IMG/VR virus record: IMGVR_UViG_3300035497_000625 | Strand: one strand, 5' to 3' | Source of the DNA: an uncultured virus (IMG/VR IMGVR_UViG_3300035497_000625) | Lineage: Duplodnaviria > Heunggongvirae > Uroviricota > Caudoviricetes | Length of the DNA stretch: 64,000 nt | In this document: positions 20,270 to 30,952 of the stretch, piece by piece | How positions within the stretch are numbered: position 1 is the stretch's first letter | Layout: every line of letters starts with the position of its first letter | Notes under the pieces: generated by a model | The model's input: only the letters and a program-made list of their open reading frames with translations | Database searches by the model: none | Told to the model about the DNA's origin: nothing | Position numbers and translations under genes: made by a program

Positions 20270-21830
20270 TTGTGTCACCTCCGTCATTAGAATTAGATTT
20301 ATTATTATCTTCTTCACTTGTTTCTGTAGATTCTTCTTCTGTTGTCGTTTCTTCAGTAGTTTCTTCTGTACTAGTTTCTGTACTAGTTTCACCAGAAGCA
20401 CTAGCTGGAGTATCACCAACTTTACCAGATTGAGTGTAAGAAGTTTGTAATGGCTTAAGAACTTCATCTAGATTTAGAAGCTCATTCTCTAATTCCTTAA
20501 GGTCTGCTAGATTGCTTTGGTTGATACCAGTAGCAAGACCAGGAGTTAAGAAACTATAACCTAATGTTGCTAATTGTCTTGATTTTTCAGTATAAGCATC
20601 ATCATTATAGTAACTTAATGGTAAAATCAATAGCTCAAATACCATTTTCTTATTTGAAAATTTATTATTTAATAAAACTGTGAAAAAATGAGCAAATTGT
20701 TGTCCCATTATCATCATCATAGCTAAGTCATTTTTAATTGAATAATCTAAGCCCGCTTCCGTGGTACTATAGAATAATTCTTTTGATATGCCCGCAGATT
20801 CATAGATTAAATTTTGTACGTCTTCAACTTCAGTAACCTCATCGGCATCACTACTGCAATCCAATAGGTCAATATCTGAATAAGAAGTAACAACATCAAT
20901 ATCAGGATTATCTCTAAGCATTTCTACAACACCTTGATGCATTGATTCTGCTTCTTCAGGTTCAAATACAAGCTCGCCTTTATCTACTGGAACTTTTTGA
21001 GTTAAAATTCTTGATAGAGACTGTAGGTTACGTTGCTTGTCAATTTCCTTATAATCATCTAAATCATCAATTAATGGAATTAAATCTAAGAAAAAAGGAC
21101 GTTCATCAAAATAACAAAAATAAACGCCTATTTCAGCGGGTAAAAATATCCATTTTTCGCCGCCATGATTTTTATACTTATAATAACTCTTTTGTACTAT
21201 TTTAGGATATGTTTTAAGAATTTGTGTTCTTAAATTTTCATCTGAAATAGTATCAAAAAAAGCCATATTAAATTCCACTATGTCAATATCTTGGACATTT
21301 TTAAAACGACTTCTACAATAGTCAAATGGTAAATCTTGAATAACAACATTATCTCCTTCATCATGAATTAATCCATAATATGCGCCTCTAACAAGAATAT
21401 CCTTCATGAAAAGACTACATTTACGTTCAATTTGAAAGCTACTACAAAAATCAATAGCATCCTCATAAGCCTTACGATTTTTCTTTTCAGTAATCTTTGT
21501 TTTTCTATCGGATACGTGTGGCACTAATAGCCACGCGTACCTAAGAAAAGTAGCATAATGGAGGATTATACGCTTGTAAATTCCGCTTGTTTTAAAGAAG
21601 AACTCTGATAAATGCGCTTGTTCTATTGGATCTCCAAATTCAACAATACGCTTAATTTCTTCTTTAGAATAATTTCTACGAACAGGACGTATTGACTTTG
21701 CTTCTGTCTTTTGATATGCGTCCTTTTTTGTAGCAATCATTAACTCTATTGATTTTTTAAACGTAGAGATACGTTGTTGTCTTAATTTTGCTTCAATTTG
21801 TTCAGGAGTCAAATTTTCTTTTTTATCCAT
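20250..21830 (-). CDS. Portal protein
   Basis: 526 aa directly downstream of terminase, acidic low-complexity C-terminal tail. Confidence 0.8.
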   Translation of the reverse strand: MDKKENLTPEQIEAKLRQQRISTFKKSIELMIATKKDAYQKTEAKSIRPVRRNYSKEEIKRIVEFGDPIEQAHLSEFFFKTSGIYKRIILHYATFLRYAWLLVPHVSDRKTKITEKKNRKAYEDAIDFCSSFQIERKCSLFMKDILVRGAYYGLIHDEGDNVVIQDLPFDYCRSRFKNVQDIDIVEFNMAFFDTISDENLRTQILKTYPKIVQKSYYKYKNHGGEKWIFLPAEIGVYFCYFDERPFFLDLIPLIDDLDDYKEIDKQRNLQSLSRILTQKVPVDKGELVFEPEEAESMHQGVVEMLRDNPDIDVVTSYSDIDLLDCSSDADEVTEVEDVQNLIYESAGISKELFYSTTEAGLDYSIKNDLAMMMIMGQQFAHFFTVLLNNKFSNKKMVFELLILPLSYYNDDAYTEKSRQLATLGYSFLTPGLATGINQSNLADLKELENELLNLDEVLKPLQTSYTQSGKVGDTPASASGETSTETSTEETTEETTTEEESTETSEEDNNKSNSNDGGDTNANSGT

Positions 21831-21851
21831 TCTTTACCTCCTGTGTATTAT

Positions 21852-23332
21852 TTATGTTTTAAAAAATACTAATTGTTTACCGCTTCCTTTTTTACGGAAA
21901 CGTTTTGCGTGTTCCTCATAGAGTTCCTTAACACGGTGTAAGCCCATTTCTAGGGAACTGAACTTATCCTTTGTCATTCTCTTATTAATTTGTTCAAGGA
22001 CAATTTCACCAGAAACTCCAGTTGGTTTTAATTTTAAATTCATCATTTCATCAATCATTATCGATGTTAATTGGTGTGGCATTAAACGTTTAGTTCTCTC
22101 TTCAATCGTCATTTTTTGACCTTTTCTTGTGGCTAATAGTTTTGTTTTAGCTTCTTGTTCAGAAATTAAAAACTTAACTTGGCCGCCATAAATCATTGAA
22201 TAACAATTACCATGCATTTTGCTATTGAGAGGGCCATTTGCTTTAATTCCATAGAGTATGTTGATAGCATTTTTAGGTTGGACCTTCTTGTAGTCATCAT
22301 TATTAAAGAAACCATATGCAGGATAGAACTCTCCTTTTTCATTATCATATGTTTCTTTAATCATTTCATCGCCTAGACCCACGCCAAGGCCGTTTATATC
22401 TATAACAACTTCTTTTGGATTATATAATTTAATTAAACGTTTAAGCTCTAAAGCTTGCTTATCAAAAACTTTAGCTTGATCAGTTTTTCCCAGAACAAAA
22501 AGATTTACTACATTTACATAGTAATTATCTGTTCTTGGAAAGACTTTTAATATGGTTGCCACTGTTTGGCACTGCAAACGGGCGATATCCACTGAAATAA
22601 TGTAGAATGACTCAATATCATCTCTAGTTTTTTCAGATGTTTCTGGATTACAAAGCAATCTATGTCGGTTAAATTTATCATATTCAAACCAGGCTTCTGA
22701 TGTTGCTCCACACCAGATACCCATATATTCTTTTGCAAACGATTCTTCTTTAAACGTTGCCGAATTTTTAATTTCATTTAAATAATTTTCAGGTAGTAAT
22801 CCATGCATCATTGGTATCTTATAGTCACAGCCAAAAATGAAAGTGGATTTCGGATTGACTATCATTTGTTCCATATGCTCCACTACCTTATTATAACCAT
22901 ATGAATTTTTATCCCCAGCAGATGACATCCACATCTGACATTGTTGAGGTTCATATGGATTTACTGCACCATTTTTCATTCTTCTATTGACATTCATTAA
23001 AGGAAGCACAATGTTGTTTAAATCATCACCATTGTGATCCCTAAACTCATCAATAAGACCCGCATTCCTTCTGCCGCCACGAGTACTATCTATCGCTGCA
23101 CATACATCAAAAATAGAACCATTTCTTGTTGAAATTCTGATGTAATCGCCACCAAAGTTTTTTGTTACAATTTCTTTTTCAAGAATAGGAAATAAATCAA
23201 GAATTTCGGTGATCTTCTCTCTAGCCACCTTTGCTGATTGTTCCTTCTTCGGTGCACAAATAAATAATTTAACTCCAGGCTTAAAAATACACATCAATAG
23301 CATTGCCAAAATTGATATGAATGTTTTACTAA
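21852..23332 (-). CDS. terL: Terminase large subunit, exon 3
   Basis: Completes Walker A (APRA-F-SKT); Walker B LIDEF; motif III MSSAG; RNase H-like nuclease SVDIAR, VIDING, KDKFSSL. Confidence 0.95.
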
Positions 23333-24494
23333 CATGATTTTCACAATAATTCACAACATTATTGCAGTTCTCTTATGAACTTCTTATAATTTCTTATAAG
23401 ATAAGACTATATTATTATTAAGCCCACTACCCAGTGATTTTAGGGATTATAGTCGTTGAACTTTACTCTTTATACTTAAAAACATACCCATGTGTATGTT
23501 TATAGAGGCCTCTACATACTTTACTAATGGCGCTAGAATCACAAGACAATGCTCGTGCAGCTTCTGCACAAGAAGTATACTCTCCTATTATTTCACCATT
23601 TTTATAAGCAATTACATTTTTTAAATGTTTGAAAGCACCTTGTTCATATAATGCATATTGTACATTTTCTTGCACAGTCACCTTTCTAAGATTTGAATAA
23701 CAATTGTTTAAAGGATTATTGTCTATATGATCAATCATAAAATTTTCAATTTGTTTATCAATAAAATAATAATATACTAATCTATGAACTAAAAAGTTTT
23801 TAGTCTTATTATTTTTTGACAATGTAATTAAATAATATCCATTAACAGTTGACGGTTTTAATATACGTTCTTTGTTATATTTTAAACTTTTAACTCTGCC
23901 ATAATTTGAAACTTGATAATCTGGATAATCATCAATATAAACCCATATTTCATTTTGGAGATCTTTTATGTTTATTTTTTCACCAGAAGGTTTTTTAATT
24001 AAACCACATTTATGTGCGTGTTTAACATTTTCAGATTGAGTTATATATTCTAAATTATGGACATTATTATTCATTTTATTGCCATCTTTATGATTTACAA
24101 CATATTTATCCCCTATAGGCTTTGTTAAAAAATATTCAGCAACTAAAACGTGTGTAAAAAATCGGTATTTCTTTCCATCCTGCGATAATCTTGTGTAATG
24201 ATAGCCTGATCTAGACACGCTACCTTTTAATTTCTTATTTGTTTTTGTATTAATCACATCACCATTTTCATTTATTGTGTAAGCGCTCTCTGTTCCATTT
24301 AACATAATTGTTTTAATCATATAATTCTCCTTATTTAAATATATTAAGAGTCTTAGCTGCGGATTGTCCAATTTTTAATCTTTTTACTATACCGAGATAA
24401 TTACTCTCGCCGCAATAACATTACTATTATTGTTTAGTAATTAAAACTCTCAGGATGTCCCCGCAATTCAAGCTTTTTAATGAGCGCCATTTTA
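23333..24494 (-). ncRNA. Group I intron 2 of terL (1162 nt)
   Basis: P1 GAGCGU/GCGCUC with U-G at the splice site; P AAUUGCGGGGA, Q AAUCCGCAGC, R GUUCAACGACUA, S AUAUAGUCU; terminal G at 23333; removal restores frame. Confidence 0.93.
23463..24320 (-). CDS. Intron-encoded HNH homing endonuclease (two NUMOD4/HNH modules plus NUMOD1-like tail, 285 aa)
   Basis: VNHKDGNKMNN..NL and IDHIDNNPLNN..NL motifs, EIW...YQVSNYGRVKS, C-terminal EAARAL..SAISKVC; GGAGAA RBS before ATG 24320. Confidence 0.92.
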   Translation of the reverse strand: MIKTIMLNGTESAYTINENGDVINTKTNKKLKGSVSRSGYHYTRLSQDGKKYRFFTHVLVAEYFLTKPIGDKYVVNHKDGNKMNNNVHNLEYITQSENVKHAHKCGLIKKPSGEKINIKDLQNEIWVYIDDYPDYQVSNYGRVKSLKYNKERILKPSTVNGYYLITLSKNNKTKNFLVHRLVYYYFIDKQIENFMIDHIDNNPLNNCYSNLRKVTVQENVQYALYEQGAFKHLKNVIAYKNGEIIGEYTSCAEAARALSCDSSAISKVCRGLYKHTHGYVFKYKE

Positions 24495-24550
24495 ACGCTC
24501 TTGGTGCAGTAACGTTTATATAACGATAACGCATACAAGCTCTTAAAAAA
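24495..24550 (-). CDS. terL: Terminase large subunit, 56-nt exon 2
   Basis: Encodes (I)FLRACMRYRYINVTAPRA(F); joins exons 1 and 3 in frame. Confidence 0.92.
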
Positions 24551-24852
24551 CATTATCTTTATTTAAGATCGCTACTCTTAAACCAGTATTCACTGCTCTT
24601 ACTTTCATAAGAGATGAGACTATATCTTTAACTTCAATAAGTTAGATGGCTATTCCTTCGCTTGAAGTACTCTAATAGTCGTTGAACCTTATCGGCTGCT
24701 GATCACCCATTGTTCTAGAACTTAGGCTCTCACCATATTCCATCTTAAAACTTGTTTCTACTTTCGTTCCATTAAGGCATTTAAGCTTTAGGGCTTCCCA
24801 GCAATTAACCATCTGTTTACTTATATATCACTATATAAGGGGACTCTTTTTA
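24551..24852 (-). ncRNA. Group I intron 1 of terL (302 nt, no ORF)
   Basis: P1 GGAU/GUCC with U-G; AAAAA guide complementary to the U-run starting exon 2; P AAUUGCUGGGAA, Q GAUCAGCAGC, R GUUCAACGACUA, S AAGAUAUAGUCU; terminal G at 24551. Confidence 0.93.
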
Positions 24853-25103
24853 ATCCTCTGATAAAAATATAAATTAAATTGAGAACCAACAGGCTTAATC
24901 AAATCCAAAAACAAATCAGGATAAACACTCCATAAATTACAATATTTCTCATATAAATCCCTATTCTGTTCAATTCTCTGTTGATTTAAAACTGCTCCTT
25001 TCTCTAATTCAATTCCATTTCTAAAATGTTTTTCAGCATATGAGCCAAAAACACGTCCAAAGCTTTGCGTTACAATTTCTCTTGGTGTTAAAATATTACT
25101 CAT
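24853..25103 (-). CDS. terL: Terminase large subunit, exon 1
   Basis: Ends in Q-motif FNLYFYQRI; spliced product 595 aa. Confidence 0.9.
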
Positions 25104-26019
25104 TCAAATCCACCTCAAATTCCTCATTCAATTCCCTATCAAATTTCAAATCAAAATCATCAAAATCTTTTTCATCATAATTAGCTTCTTGATTAGCAAG
25201 TCTTAAATTTTGGATTCTTTCCGTAATCTCTTCACCAATACCACTTTCATTAGTATACAAGCGTCTACACCAATTCTGAATATTCTTCATTGTATTATCA
25301 ACTTCATCTCTGACCGCGCCGTCATAATATTTATTAATCCAACCAGTCTTTTCAAGATAAGCAAAAATCTCACCAACAGAATCGAAATCATCACCATTCT
25401 TTGAAGTTTTCGGCGTAAAATTAGCAGTCTTAACCAAATTATCATAGGACTTTAAATCCTTATCAAATTCAATTCCATCCCTAATCTTTTCATCAATAGA
25501 AAGAGAGATTTTACAAATTTTTAATGCTTGGTCTTCTTGAAGCGCGCCGACAACACTTTGTGATGCCAGTAATCCTCTATGGAGATTTTCCAAATATTCT
25601 AATTCCTCTTCATCATAGTTTAAGCCCCACTTTGCTTGGAGTTCAAGTAACTGTTGATCTTGATAACGAGGTAGCGCCGCAGACAGCTTATCTTTTTCTG
25701 CTAACTCTTTATAGACCTCATTATACTCAGACCAATTTAATCTTTCATATTCTTTATTTCTAAAGATCGCAAAATATGGACCAATAGCCTCAACACCATC
25801 AGCTTGATACATCTCATCCCATTTTTCGGGTATAAAGGGAATATTAGCCCATTGACAAATCTTATCCATTAAATTCCAACGATCCAATTCTTCAGCCGCA
25901 GATAACATTGAAGTTAAACAATAGCGACAAATCGGAAGTTGTCCATTAAAAAATTGACTATTAACACTTATGAATCCTGAGGGTCCGTATTCTTTTTCAC
26001 ACTTGATGCATCTACGCAT
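25096..26019 (-). CDS. Zinc-binding protein, candidate terminase small subunit
   Basis: CIKC...CRYC N-terminus, directly upstream of and overlapping terL; function from synteny. Confidence 0.45.
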   Translation of the reverse strand: MRRCIKCEKEYGPSGFISVNSQFFNGQLPICRYCLTSMLSAAEELDRWNLMDKICQWANIPFIPEKWDEMYQADGVEAIGPYFAIFRNKEYERLNWSEYNEVYKELAEKDKLSAALPRYQDQQLLELQAKWGLNYDEEELEYLENLHRGLLASQSVVGALQEDQALKICKISLSIDEKIRDGIEFDKDLKSYDNLVKTANFTPKTSKNGDDFDSVGEIFAYLEKTGWINKYYDGAVRDEVDNTMKNIQNWCRRLYTNESGIGEEITERIQNLRLANQEANYDEKDFDDFDLKFDRELNEEFEVDLNE

Positions 26020-26291
26020 CCATCATCACCTCTATTAATCACCGCCGCGAGATCAGATTCTTTTTCTTTTGGCTTTTGATTTTCTTTAACAACATCCTCC
26101 ATTAGCTTAAGGATTTGTTTCTTTTGCTTACGTTTTAGTCCATTGAATTTATCAAGAGCAAGTTCAAGTAAAGCATAGAAATCTATATCCTCACCATTTT
26201 CATCCACTTGATTAATACAAAGAATTTTTAATAAGCCGCAAAAATCAATAACATCACATTTTGCAATTAATTTTAATAATTTCTCTTCCAC
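25968..26291 (-). CDS. Hypothetical protein (107 aa)
   Basis: GAGGTG RBS, coupled to upstream stop. Confidence 0.6.
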   Translation of the reverse strand: MEEKLLKLIAKCDVIDFCGLLKILCINQVDENGEDIDFYALLELALDKFNGLKRKQKKQILKLMEDVVKENQKPKEKESDLAAVINRGDDGCVDASSVKKNTDPQDS

Positions 26292-27494
26292 TTACTTCAC
26301 CTCTTTATTTTTCTTTAAGAGTCTTTGTTTACGTTCACAACACTTACATCGACTAACAAGTCCATCTTTTGCTTTTGATTTCTTACAGAAAATCCTTTCA
26401 TCACGAAATAAGGTTTCGCCGCAATCAATACAAGTTTTCCAAGCCTTATCATAGTTTCTGCATAACCATTCATCATAGTTTAATTCCGCAGCGGCGACAA
26501 TACCATCGCAAATTCTATTTCTCCAAAGGGTTGAAATATAGTTTTCTTGATGAGTAACACCTAATTCTCTTTTGATTTGATCAACAATTTCCTTATTGGA
26601 ATGTCTTTCTTTCTTAAGTCTAAAAATAATTTTTTCTTGTTCTGAAGGATTTGACTGTTCAAAATAAAAATCAAGCGTCCAAAGCAAATTCCAAATAGGT
26701 GAATCAGGACAATTTTCAACCATTTCGGCTAATTCCGAATAGAATAGGGTCAATTGAACAACGTGTTGAGGATTTGTAAAATCAAAAACTTTATCAGCTT
26801 GTTTTTTCGCCGCGAAACAAGTATCATAACTAGGGTATAATCTTGGATTAGCAAATTTCAAATCATTTTTTACCCCTACTACTCCTCTAGGCAATACCAT
26901 AAAAGACAAATGACTATTAACAGGATCATTATACCACTCTCCTTTATTTCCTTGTAAAAGAATTGGAGGCTTAGCAAAATCTTTTAACGTATATTGCTGG
27001 CGGCGCATCTCAATTAAGTGATGACGAGCTTGATATAAGTCTTTTTCATTGAGTTGAGGTAGTTTTTCTCCCTCATCTAGAGTAACTTCTTTCCCATCAT
27101 TAAAATCAATAATTTTTTGTTGATGATCAATAATCTTCCAAAGCTCTTGAATACCAGGAATATCCTTATCCCTATCCCTATCAATAGTAGGCTTAACCTT
27201 TTTATAAATTTTTTGTTCAGGTTTAAGCGAGTTCTCATTGAATAGTGGATTCTCCATTAACGCATCAAGAGAAACTAGAGTTTTGCGGCTATAGGAATTA
27301 TATTTTGATTGAATTTCAACTCGTTTGAGATCAACCTCACTAAAACCAGTTACCTCATCCTTACCATAGAGGATGTAGTTGGCGCAAAGTTCAGTTTCCT
27401 TTTGAGTTAGTTGTGGAAATTTATCCACCATTGTTTTTATATAGAGAGAACGTTCTTGAGATGTTTCTAGAGAAAAGTCTAGATTAAAATCCAT
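26292..27494 (-). CDS. Hypothetical DNA-binding protein (HTH-like segment plus C-terminal Zn ribbon)
   Basis: SNKEIVDQIKRELGVTHQENYISTLW HTH-like; CIDC...CKCC; first gene of the operon. Confidence 0.55.
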   Translation of the reverse strand: MDFNLDFSLETSQERSLYIKTMVDKFPQLTQKETELCANYILYGKDEVTGFSEVDLKRVEIQSKYNSYSRKTLVSLDALMENPLFNENSLKPEQKIYKKVKPTIDRDRDKDIPGIQELWKIIDHQQKIIDFNDGKEVTLDEGEKLPQLNEKDLYQARHHLIEMRRQQYTLKDFAKPPILLQGNKGEWYNDPVNSHLSFMVLPRGVVGVKNDLKFANPRLYPSYDTCFAAKKQADKVFDFTNPQHVVQLTLFYSELAEMVENCPDSPIWNLLWTLDFYFEQSNPSEQEKIIFRLKKERHSNKEIVDQIKRELGVTHQENYISTLWRNRICDGIVAAAELNYDEWLCRNYDKAWKTCIDCGETLFRDERIFCKKSKAKDGLVSRCKCCERKQRLLKKNKEVK

Positions 27495-27684
27495 TTAAAT
27501 TCTCACCTCCATTTAAGTTTTTAATAATCAATAGGAATAGAGTCTATTGGTTATAGGTTAGTTTTAGAATTGTTATTAATTAATTAATAGTTAATAGTTA
27601 ATAGTTGATTAATTAGTATTAATAATTAATAACTTGTTTTTCGCCGCGAAAATTAAGGCGATAAAATTAAATAAAGAATTACTG

Positions 27685-27749
27685 GGTTGTTCTAACTACA
27701 ATAGTGATTACGAGCTACGCTCTCCATCACTATTGTAGTTAGAACAACC
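27685..27749. repeat. Perfect 24-bp inverted repeat with 17-nt loop
   Basis: GGTTGTTCTAACTACAATAGTGAT / ATCACTATTGTAGTTAGAACAACC. Confidence 0.95.
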
Positions 27750-27806
27750 TCTTTTCTGTTGAGTTAAGAGGGAGTTGATTGTCTAATCTTCAACTCTCTA
27801 TATATA

Positions 27807-27835
27807 ATTATAGAATAAAATCGGGAAAAAGTCAA
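27807..27835 (-). promoter_or_regulatory. SigmaA-type promoter upstream of the morphogenesis operon
   Basis: TTGACT-17 bp-TATAAT. Confidence 0.7.
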
Positions 27836-29028
27836 TATGTGTGAGATGTGAGTGGATGAAAATTATTGAGTTTGAGGAATTATAGGAAAATAGGGTTAAT
27901 GGTATTGATTAAGTTAGTAGAATTTGGTATAATATTAATAGAGTTGAGAGAGAGAGAGGAGATAGAGATAACCTTGAGATAACCTTGAAAATAATAACCT
28001 TGAAAAAAATTAGTAATGTCGAATTTGTTTCTAGCGCATCCCTACGCATGAAAAAAAATTCTATGCGTAAATTTTCATACCCCCTACCCAATTCTTTAAT
28101 AAGAATTGATTGAACGGCTCGGAAACGACGTAGCTACGTCATTTCAAGGCATTGTGTAGTAGCATGAGCTTGCAAGCTATTAATCAAATTTAACAGAATT
28201 TTATATCAAATTTGACATTAATTTTACTATTAAATTTGACATTATCAACAAAATTATTTAACATTACTGTATAATTTTATATAGAATTATACACAATTGT
28301 ATGATTGTTATGTCATAATATACAAAGACAATACTATCAAGGTATATTAAATATATCATGTTGCACAATACAGTGTTGCTATTGACATAATACCAATTGA
28401 CAAGAGTATTATATATTAGGTTGCTTACTAGGTTAGTACTAACCAATAGTAAGTTGATACTGTTGATTAAATAGTATAATGCTAATAGATAATACTAATA
28501 GACAACATCAAAACAGTATTGACAATGTTATTAATACAAGAACATTAATAAATAATATCAATTAGATAATGTTATCAAACAACATTAGATTATCAATAGT
28601 TTAATGCTATCAATAGTAACATTGGTTAAGCAGTATTGACTATATACTAATACATAGATACAGATTGAACACAACACAATAATATAATATCAATAGTTAA
28701 ATCTCTTTAGTATCACGACTATATTAATTATACTATGTTAGTAATGTTATTGAGTGATACCAAAACACTAATATTAATTGATGTTATTCTATTGACTAAT
28801 ATAGAACACTATCAGCAGAACACTAATATTAATATCAATAGAACATTGATAGAACAGAACAGAACACGACTATAATACTATTGAGTGCTTACCATATCAT
28901 TATATAATACTATTGTAGATACCAATAGAACGATAGCAACATAGAACAGATAACAATATAATAACATTATATTATCAATACAAATTGATATTATTACAAA
29001 CACTTTAAAGACAAAGACAAAAGCAAAC

Positions 29029-29661
29029 TTAAAAGTTTGCTTTTATATATTTTCTAATACTATTCCATTCATGCATTAAACTATTATATATTTTAGTCTT
29101 TGTTAGTTTGTTATCAAGTAAGTACTTTAGTATTGTACATTCTAATATACTATCATTTTCGGCGTTGTGACATTGTAGTGTTGGTTGACTATCTGTTATA
29201 TATGTGTATATTACTGTTACACCATGTTTAACCATGTTTCTCTTTATTTCGTGTTTGTTGATATAATCTTTTGTTTTTACTATGTTTTCAACACTTAATA
29301 TCATTAAGTCAACAAATTGACATTTATTATTTAGTCTTTTGATAAAGTCTTTACTGAAAGTATTTTCAAGTGTTTTTTTATCACTAAAGTAGTTATATGT
29401 AAAGATTGTATCTATTTTGTATCTTTCAATTAAGTCAAGTATTTCTATTTCTATTTGTCTTTTTGTTTTGGTTTTGAGTATGTTTTTAACATCTTGACGT
29501 TTTAGCACTTTACTTTTTTTGTACTTATGTAGCATTGTTTTGATGTTGTAGTAATCACTTTTGATTACACCTTTATGAGTGTTATATATTGCATATCCTA
29601 GTTGATAAGCACCCTTATAGTAGCAACCCTCTAAGTCCATAACCATGTAATTTTTTTTCAT
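29029..29661 (-). CDS. DEDDh 3'-5' exonuclease-like protein
   Basis: YMVMDLEG, TYNYFSD, CHNAENDS motifs. Confidence 0.75.
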   Translation of the reverse strand: MKKNYMVMDLEGCYYKGAYQLGYAIYNTHKGVIKSDYYNIKTMLHKYKKSKVLKRQDVKNILKTKTKRQIEIEILDLIERYKIDTIFTYNYFSDKKTLENTFSKDFIKRLNNKCQFVDLMILSVENIVKTKDYINKHEIKRNMVKHGVTVIYTYITDSQPTLQCHNAENDSILECTILKYLLDNKLTKTKIYNSLMHEWNSIRKYIKANF

Positions 29662-29772
29662 TTTTAATCAATTCCTTTCTATGTGGTATCTGTTTTCCTT
29701 TACCTTATGTGCCTATTATAGCACATTAAAAGCAGTTTGTCAAGTGTTTTTGAAATTTTTTTTGGTATTCCT

Positions 29773-30139
29773 CTAGGCTTAGGCTACTGCTTAGGCTACT
29801 GCTTAGGGTACCTCTAGGGTACTGCTTAGGCTTAGGCTTAGGCTTAGGCTACTGCTTAGGCTTAGGCTTAGGGTACCTCTAGGGTACTGCTTAGGCTTAG
29901 GCTTAGGCTTAGGGTACTGCTTAGGCTTAGGGTACTGCTTAGGGTACTGCTTAGGCTACTGCTTAGGCTTAGGGTACTGCTTAGGCTTAGGCTTAGGGTA
30001 CCTCTAGGGTACTGCTTAGGCTTAGGCTTAGGCTTAGGGTACTGCTTAGGCTTAGGGTACTGCTTAGGGTACTGCTTAGGCTACTGCTTAGGCTTAGGGT
30101 ACTGCTTAGGCTACTGCTTAGGCTTAGGGTACTGCTTAG
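29773..30139. repeat. Low-complexity satellite of GCTTAG / GCTTAGGGTACT / GGGTACCTCTA modules
   Basis: Directly visible tandem repeat. Confidence 0.95.
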
Positions 30140-30146
30140 ACGGGCG

Positions 30147-30182
30147 AAAAAAAAGCGTATTTCTTACGAAATACGCTTTTTT
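30147..30182. terminator. Bidirectional intrinsic terminator
   Basis: A-tract, GCGTATTTC/GAAATACGC stem, T-tract. Confidence 0.8.
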
Positions 30183-30184
30183 CT

Positions 30185-30556
30185 TTAGTCCTTAATGTTT
30201 AATTCCTTAAAGGCTTTTATTATTGCCTCTTTTCGTTGATATGGTTTAGTGCCTTCTAGCTTGCACCAGCCTTTTTCGTTAGTTTCTAGGTTTGTTACCA
30301 CTGTAAAGTGGTAGTCATGTTCGGGGAGGATTATCCAGTCGATTTTGTCTTCCATGTATGCTTTGGTGACTTTCTTCCATTGTCTTGCTTGCTTATCCTT
30401 TAGGTATCTTAGGTGTTTTTTTGCTTCTTCTCTTGTAGAGAACATTTTACAGTCCCTAGTCACCATGTATACCCACTCTACGACTCTTTTGCCGTCTACG
30501 TAGTCAACGCTTTTCTTAAACTCTTTGATTTCGCTTACTGTTCCTATTGTTTTCAT
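30185..30556 (-). CDS. Hypothetical protein, paralog of 32648..33007
   Basis: Shared KKSVDYVDGKRVVEWVYMVTRD; own promoter and leader. Confidence 0.8.
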   Translation of the reverse strand: MKTIGTVSEIKEFKKSVDYVDGKRVVEWVYMVTRDCKMFSTREEAKKHLRYLKDKQARQWKKVTKAYMEDKIDWIILPEHDYHFTVVTNLETNEKGWCKLEGTKPYQRKEAIIKAFKELNIKD

Positions 30557-30781
30557 AATTTCCTACTTTCTCCCACACTGTACCAGTGGGCGGTTTAGTC
30601 TTTGGTTTGTTTCCTTTACTGTACTTACATTATAGCATACTAGGGCGGAAATGTCAACATTTTAATTGTAAACAATTTGTTAACAATCAATTAAAAAATT
30701 ATGAACGTTTTTTCTGTTGGTTTTATACTATTATAATAGTATAAGGGGTTAAATTTAGACTATAATAGTATACAGTCAGCC

Positions 30782-30952
30782 GTTCTACGGCAACTAGTAC
30801 AGCACTGTTCTACGGCAACTAGTACAGCACTGTTCTACGGCAACTAGTACAGCACTGTTCTACGGCAACTAGTACAGCACTGTTCTATGGTGACTAGTAC
30901 AGCACTGTTCTATGGTGACTAGTACAGCACTGTTCTATGGTGACTAGTACAG
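30782..30952. repeat. 25-bp tandem repeat, about 7 copies
   Basis: GTTCTACGGCAACTAGTACAGCACT x4 then GTTCTATGGTGACTAGTACAGCACT x2 plus a partial copy; no spacers. Confidence 0.95.

Noticed and set aside
21852..23354. Stand-alone 500-aa terminase or terminase pseudogene
   Set aside because: Lacks the start of Walker A; intron removal restores a complete gene
2072..26557. Short antisense or nested ORFs in the structural operon
   Set aside because: Shadows of long minus-strand genes with no RBS or coding signal
29773..30139. Eukaryotic telomere contamination
   Set aside because: Hexamers are interleaved with TACT and CCTCTAG modules typical of the flanking phage DNA and the tract is internal
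30782..30952. CRISPR array
   Set aside because: Repeats are contiguous with no unique spacers and no cas genes are visible
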